Source: Trichoplax sp. H2 (lineage: Eukaryota). From it: a stretch of 64,000 bases of DNA. Position numbers and translations under genes: made by a program. Within the stretch, counting starts at the first letter, position 1; each line of letters begins with the position of its first letter. Where the stretch lies: NCBI GenBank assembly GCA_003344405.1, contig NOWV01000116.1, forward strand, positions 1 to 64,000. The letters run 5' to 3'. Below the pieces are notes generated by a model. It ran no database searches. It worked only from the letters and a program-made list of their open reading frames with translations, and was not told the DNA's origin. Of the stretch, positions 56,808 to 64,000 are shown one piece after another.

Positions 56808-57063
56808 GATAGAGACTGATGATGAGATTACTTAAGCATTACATGTACTATACCAAATTTCTCCCAATTGAAAAGAATATAGAACATCAACTTTAACCCA
56901 AGCAATATTAGCGGGTAAAAGCAACACGCAAACTATCGTTAAATGCAGTTATAACGGTTTGCCTGTTTCTAGGTTTAAGGTTCATGTTCTATATCCTTAA
57001 TATTTGGGAGAAATTTGGTATATTACAAGTAATACTTAAATCATCTCATCATCAGTCTCTATC
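56808..57063. mobile_element. MITE-like element with ~60-bp terminal inverted repeats
   Basis: GATAGAGACTGATGATGAGAT..TATACCAAATTTCTCCCAA (56808-56868) and TTGGGAGAAATTTGGTATA..ATCTCATCATCAGTCTCTATC (57004-57063), with a non-coding interior. Confidence 0.75.
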
Positions 57064-57089
57064 CGAATGATCTTACCCAATGATCCAAT

Positions 57090-57800
57090 GATCTTGATCT
57101 TGACCCTCGTCTGAGGTAAGGTGAGATTTTTGTTCGCAATATCTATTGAAGGAAGATTTTATTCGGGTTATATGCTACATATACTGTAATAACACTTTGG
57201 ATCTGAGCTAGCATTGCCATAGATACAGCACTGTATTGTATTGTATGGACTGCAACTGTAAAAAATTAACATTTTTTACCGTGAGAAAACAAGCTTTGTT
57301 TGCGCTGGGTACTGAACATTGATGTAATTAGTTGGAGTACTTCTGAATAGATAGACAGCAAACAACAGATTGCATATAGACCGGTAGTACATAAAGTTTG
57401 AAACTGAATTTAAGGTTAATTTTCTACCGCTTTGTAGAATTTGTGACTTACCGATAATTATCTAATTCTTTCAAGAAGTTGCTAATAAGTTTATCTAACA
57501 TAGTAGCAGCTATAAGGGAACTGATTATTATCGCAATTTTTTGTACTATAGGAACTATCCATTTCTGTTTCCTTGGAACTAGGCATGTACTAATGTTAAT
57601 TTTTGGAGCAGGTATTTCTCTGCTACAGCATGAATAAGATATAGGATGATGTAAAAGTTCCTGTTTTCTATTAAAGCGTCGCCAAAATATTGTGGGACAA
57701 TATCTACCAAAACAACCTCCACTTGAGTTTGTAAATTGTAATAATGGCGCAAATACAATATAATTTCTTTCGGAATCACTTGTTAGTCGAACATAGCAAC
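57090..57800 (-). pseudogene. Fragment of the membrane family (3' half of exon 1, intron, first ~50 nt of exon 2)
   Basis: CYVRLTSDSERNYIVF..GGCFGRYCPTIFWRRFNRKQELLHHPISYSCC..KELDNYR, most similar to copies 1 and 3. Truncated at both ends. Confidence 0.88.
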
Positions 57801-58337
57801 TAGGAATAGCTTTATTAGAAATAGTCGATGAATTTAAAAACTTTACGTTATTGGAAAGACTGTCACTGTCGGCACTTGTAAGCTTCATAGATCTACCAAC
57901 TGTTAGTGATCCTAAAGATTTTTATTATTATCAATCTATCATGTTTCAGAAGCATCTCCACCAGCATGCTTTCTAAATGAAAGTTCATTAAGACTCAGAA
58001 AACTAACAAAAATTGTAAAAGTTCATTGATTTGACTAATTTTACTATAAAAAGGTAACAATTGAACCTTAATTATTAAGATTTAGTCACTAATGCTACAA
58101 TCACAGTACATTTTAGATTTTACTTGCAACTGCTAATGTTGGTCATCTAATAGCAACGGATGTCCTACTTTATAATAATTTTCTACGACAATAGTTAATA
58201 CTGTCTATTCTATGTTATTACGGTGATTAATGACGATAATTCCTGCTATCATTCACGCTGATGCTGAACCTAATATAGCAATATTTGCTTCTACTTGGTT
58301 ATTTGATTGTATTTATAATTTTTCGTACACGAGTTAC

Positions 58338-61300
58338 TTATAATATCCAATTCTTCTAGAACAAATGTTAGACACCGTTAAAATTTTGTAATAATGTCTT
58401 TATTTTCTTTAACATGTAATAGCAATAATTATAGGAAGAAAATGAGTACACTATGTACTGATAATACAAATTAAATAATTATTTAATTATTTAGATTGCG
58501 GTATAGTGTTATTTTACAGCTTATAATAATGATAAACAAATGTTCGCCCTCGACTATCGTTAAAAATATACAATTTTGTAGTAAGATGATAAAATAGGTC
58601 AACATAAAAAGGCGTATTAATAGCAATAGTTAACAGTATCCTCAGTTTTTGTCTATTTATTCGCGTATTATTATCTTACGGCCATGCTTATCATCTGAGA
58701 AATAGGTTGAAATTCGACGCCTCGCTTGAAAAATATTTTATAACCTCGTCGATATTGAGTAATGTTAAGAATTAATATCTTGTCGATTCTTTCATTCTTG
58801 ATCTCGAATAGTTTGAAATACTTTAAAGTTAGAGTTGTAGCTAAATAGGCAATCGAGGTATTAGCAATAATCGAATTTAACGATGAAATTGAACGAAATT
58901 CATAAACTAGAAAGAATGTAATGATATAATAAAAGAATAGACCTGTTACGATTAAAATGTTAAATGCTACTTGTAATGGACTAATTGAAATCTCAGATGT
59001 ATAATATTTCAGATAATCGTATAATTCTGCTGGAATACCTGTGCATTGATGAGTTCCATTTTCATATATATCATAGTAGGTAGGAGTTAATTTAGTACGA
59101 AAATAATGAGAATCTCTGTTTTGTAAGTGAGCTTCAATTATCCCTGTGAGTGTGCTGTATCCGTTGTCAAAAGTACATTTTACACAACCGAAGCCACATT
59201 GCAATAATTTGACTGTAACTTTGTTATTATCCGACTCATTACGTGAGTAATGAAAAATGATGCTCGAAGTTCCATTAATTGCATGATGATAGCCATCTCT
59301 AAGACTTCGCTTGATGCAATCCTCAATACTTTTTTTGATAATTTCTTCATTTAACATTTCTGGGATATCAAATTCTACGTTATTAATACTGTTATTTTCA
59401 GCGATAATAAAATTAACTCTCAAATAACCTTGCTTACTCTCCAATATTGTTTGAATATTTTCTTCAATTCTTGATTTTACAGCAATAATCCGGTGACATA
59501 TAAGAGGACCTCGATTAGAGTATGCACTTAATAACAAATAAATGTGATGCGAGTATGGAATCATAATAACAATAATTACATTGAAATTGGTAGAAAACGC
59601 GAAAATAAATGTCGTCATAGTAATGAAGATTCTAATAATCAGTTGTAAACCGCCAATTAAAAGTGATGCAGTAAAAATGACGAAAAAAACAGAGTATATC
59701 GTCATGATAACTGACATAAGACGATATGCTAAAGGCCAATTCGCTCTCTTAGGGAGTAAATTTCCTTTCAATTTAAAAGTTAATAGTTCAGAAATAAAAA
59801 AGAAAGCTCTTAAAAGTCCAATAAGTCCAAACATACAAAATGGCAAGCAGATTATAAATGTTAAGAGATCTTTGATAAATTGAAATAATTGTAGAGAGAG
59901 TAAGTGGCGTTTCATATCAACAAGAATAATCTTAATTTGGTGATAGGACTGTCGGTCATTACTTGGTGTCAAGTATGTTTGTCTAGATAGTAGCTCTTGA
60001 TCGTTGGCGTGACTTTGATTAAACAATTTTTTTGAATCACTAGACCATACTTGTTTCAAATAGGCTACAATTAAGATCAATATGTATGGTACACAAATTA
60101 CTGCTATAATTAAACCTAGTTCTTTAATATTGTGAAATTTCTCCAATTGATAAAACCTAGGCATAACAATAAAAAGTGTTGAATTTCGTTGTACAATAAT
60201 AGAAAGAAATCCCAACCCACCAGACAAAATAATAAATGATAGTAATTTAATACAATGATTAATTTCTAGCCAATGGTACTTGGTAGCATAATCAGAAAAG
60301 TAGAGATAGTTAACATTTTGAAAGTGTAACGTATCTAAGATGCGAACCTTAACCATCTGCAATAGATTTGTCGAATTTGGTAATATACAAATGCTGCATC
60401 TTAAGTATGCTCCACTCATTTGATGAGATGATCTAAGCAATGATTGATGAGATGAGTTTTGAATTGATTCCTGATGCGAATTATTAGTTAGGAGTTGGTT
60501 TAATTGATGAGTTTGGCTCTGATCTGAGGTAAGGAGAGATTCTTGTCGGAAATATCTATAAGAAAAGTAATTCTACTAAGACTGAATGTTACATATACTG
60601 AATTAATACTTCGGATCTGTACTAATGATGTTAATGCAATGCTGTATTCCATTATATGGAATATACAGTAGCGTTAAGAGATTAATATTTTCTACTATGA
60701 GAAGAATAAGTCTTGCTTGCGCTGGATGCTGAATATTGAAGCATTTAGTCGGGTTACTTAATAATAGATAAACAATAAATGATACATCGTTTGTAGACTA
60801 GTATATAAAATTTGTTATAGAATTTTAGGTTAATAATACTCTGCATTATAAAATTTGTGACTTACCGATAACTGCCTAATTCTTGCAAAAAGTTGTTAAA
60901 AAGTTTATCTATTAGTGTAGCAGCCATAAGCAAGCTAAGTATAATGGAAATTATTTGTACAGCAGGACCATACCAAAGTTGTTTTGGAGGGACTAGACAT
61001 GTGCTAACGTTAATTTTGGGGTTAATGGTTTCTCTATTACAGCATGAATAGGATACGTTATGATTAAGGAATATATCTTCTCTATTAAAGCGTCGCCAAC
61101 ATATTGTAGAACAATTTTGACCATAACAACCTTGGTTTAAATTTGTAAATTGTAGTAATGTTGTAAATACGATATGCATTTTTTGGGAATCATTTGTTAG
61201 TCGAGCGTAGCAACCTTGGTTTGATTCAATAAGATTGAAACTCTGTTCGTGTGTGAAAGCTGCATATAGGTTTAAGCCTGTAGCAATGTAATCGGTAGAT

Positions 61301-61605
61301 AAAGAAATCATAGCTATACCAGCATCTTCTCTAACCCATCCATAAAAGTCATGGTTTTTATGATCAGTCTGCAGATTCTTATTATCTATAGTCAAATTAA
61401 AAAAGATTACTCGAATTGTTTTTGGTCGGGTAAGTTCTCGAAATCGGGCATATTCAGATACATTATCCTTCACAGTTAGTGAGCAATTACAGGTGTCAAA
61501 AGGCTGCTGTATCACTTGATCGGATGGATTAGTATACGCTACTTGGATTAAGCAAACGATAAATGCCATATAATGAGATCGATTGGTAAATAAACCTAAA
61601 ATCAT
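58338..61605 (-). CDS. Same multipass membrane family, copy 4 (~874-877 aa)
   Basis: Exons 60866-61605 and 58680-60555 are in phase. A probable terminal exon lies at 58338-58355; without it the stop is at 58671. Probable 5' non-coding exon donor at 62066. Confidence 0.87.
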
Positions 61606-64000
61606 TGTCCTGTAAGAAATAATGGAAAGAAAGATATATCGATATTACTTCCATGTATTGACTTAATCAAAACGAAGAATACTACTTGTCAGAATTTTGT
61701 GTGTTTTGCTAGAATATTAACGACTTTAACGGCATTTCGCCGCATTGATTTAAATGTTTGTATTTAAGTGTATTCGATTATTAAAGATTCTTATTTATGC
61801 TAAATATAGGTCAGTTATAGTTTGAGAGATTTTAATGTCAAAAATAAAATATAACGAAATCTTGAAATAATTAAAAAAACTTGGAGAATATACTAGTATT
61901 AGCAAAAGGTAAGCGAAGTAAAAGCTAGTACTTTATCAAATATGCATCAAATAAGCCTAAGAATAGAAGTAAGTTATATATAGCGCTAGAGATGAATACA
62001 TTAAAGATCGATTTGTAATATTAGAAACAAACTCCATCCATTAAGACACCTATTAGATTTACTTACCATCAACGTTACGAATAAGCTGGCCGATAAATCT
62101 CTTATTTTATTCCTATATAGTTTACGGATTCTAAACTCGCTTCAAGATCATGATGCTGTTTTTATACGCTTCGCAGAGCTGTTGGTGGTATCAAGAAATA
62201 AGCAAGATACTATAATTCAAAACAGTTTTTAATAATACAAAGTTTCAATGCCAAAACGCGTTAAGATATTATTACAAATACCGTAACATTTACAGACCAA
62301 TAATTGTCTTTATCCTTTTATCTTGGATAATCATTTTGTAATGAAATTTATATGAAAGCCTGCATAAACAGCTATTAGAAAGATATTTTAGCCAAAGATA
62401 ATTGTTTCGACCAATTATGACATTCAGAAATTCCCGGAAAAAGACGGCATCCATTGATCGATTCCTAGGAATGATTGCATTATACTGTTAACCCCTATAG
62501 TTAATTGAGTTTCATAGCTAGTAATGTGAAGGTTTTAAAACTAATCACAGCAAATAAACGTCAAGTTTCGTTTGTTCGATAAGTTTTGCATTAAGTAGCA
62601 ATAACAATTATAAAGTTAGATCAATTCTTTCATAATAATAAACGAGGTTGGGATTAGAGAGAACACCTGTATTCTTTATTTAACGATCTAGAGCCGCCAT
62701 TATAGTATTAATCTATAGTAAATAATATCTGTCCCACGTAGCCGGTTCCTGCAGTACTTCACAATGGCGACGAGCAATGGAGGACTAGTACTATAACCTT
62801 AGTCCAAAGTTTTGCAATTGTTTTACGATTTAGAATGTAAATTAGGCATAGAGGACATATTAGGTCTTTTCTGTAGGTATATGCTATCACAAATACTAGT
62901 ATTTAAATATAGTAGTAAATCATTCAAGTACTCCGTTGTTTTATCAGTGCACGTAGACGAGTATTCACGATTATTAAAATTTGAGTTTCTCTTAAAAGAT
63001 TATAAGTCCTGTATCATCAGGCAATAATTTAGGATCTACACGTATAGCATAATTCCTAGCTCTTAGTTACGTGTAGTGTAGTAAAAAGATAAATAAAAAT
63101 ATTAGCTACTTAATGGTTGCTAAGTTTGTTGTGAGTCAGTAAATCGTATATCTCAGCTAGCCGATATTCGGAGTACCTCGTGGGCTATCCTAGCTCCGTT
63201 TTGTCAAGATAAACCGAACGGTAAGAACTAGTGGTCAATTAGCTTTCTCCTGCAACAGACCTACTAAGAAAAGTTGAGGACGAAGTTAAACTCTAGACTT
63301 AACTGGAAAGAATATCTCTACTTTTCGAATCGCGCTCCATTTATAAGCTTCACAGAGCTAGTAACTATTGATGCTATTATTATTATCAATCTATTATATT
63401 TCGGAATCATCTCAGCAAGCATACTTCTAAATAAAGGTTCATTAAGGCTTAAAAAACTAATAACCATTGTAAAAATACTTTGACTTAACTAATGCTATCA
63501 TACGATCAAAAAGGTCATAGCTGACCTTCAGTTAACAAGATTTTAATCATTAAAGCAATAATCATAATAGCTTTTAGACTTTACATACAACAGCTAATGC
63601 CCAACTATCTTATTAATATCGTAACAAGAACAAACACGAAATTTTTTTCAGACATAAATAATCAAATACAATCAAGCGTTATAAGCACTTCGCGGCAATA
63701 ATTTATCAATTTGAACATTTAAATATAGAGATTACAATACCATGTTTACTTGGCATAAAAGTTCTATCTTGAAGGATAGACTATAGCTCCAATCGCGTAC
63801 TAAGATATTCTAACCTGTAAAAGCTATAGATAGGCCCTTTCTTTAAGTATCATAGGGTAGGCTTTCACTAACTTGTGCTCAATTTAATAGATTTTGTGAA
63901 GTAAATAAGTACTACAAACGATAAGCTCCTCATCTAAGTATAAATAAAAAAAAGCAATACTAAACATTGAGTAAACGATTATGGTAGTAACCTGATATCA

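Overview
AT-rich, intron-dense animal genomic DNA with short introns; the gene style and a Rickettsia-like gene suggest a placozoan such as Trichoplax (inference). The left half (1-32 kb) holds six spliced housekeeping genes: KANSL2, YME1L1, cyclin T (with a probable U12 intron and a GC-AG intron), a Nop6-like RRM protein, KLHL18 and a Lifeguard/TMBIM protein. TACAGT/ACTGTA-rich repeat islands lie in the head-to-head intergenic regions. The right half (32-64 kb) is a rearranged accessory region. It contains two satellite arrays and an intact, intronless, bacterial-type murA (34334-35608), which is a candidate horizontal transfer. It also contains a cluster of an unrecognised ~875-aa signal-peptide/Cys-rich-ectodomain/multipass-membrane family (three intact copies, one frameshifted copy, one fragment). 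A recent inverted duplication copies both murA flanks but not murA. A solo LTR, a MITE-like element and templated breakpoint fillers record recent rearrangement. All comparisons were made by eye; no database search was run.
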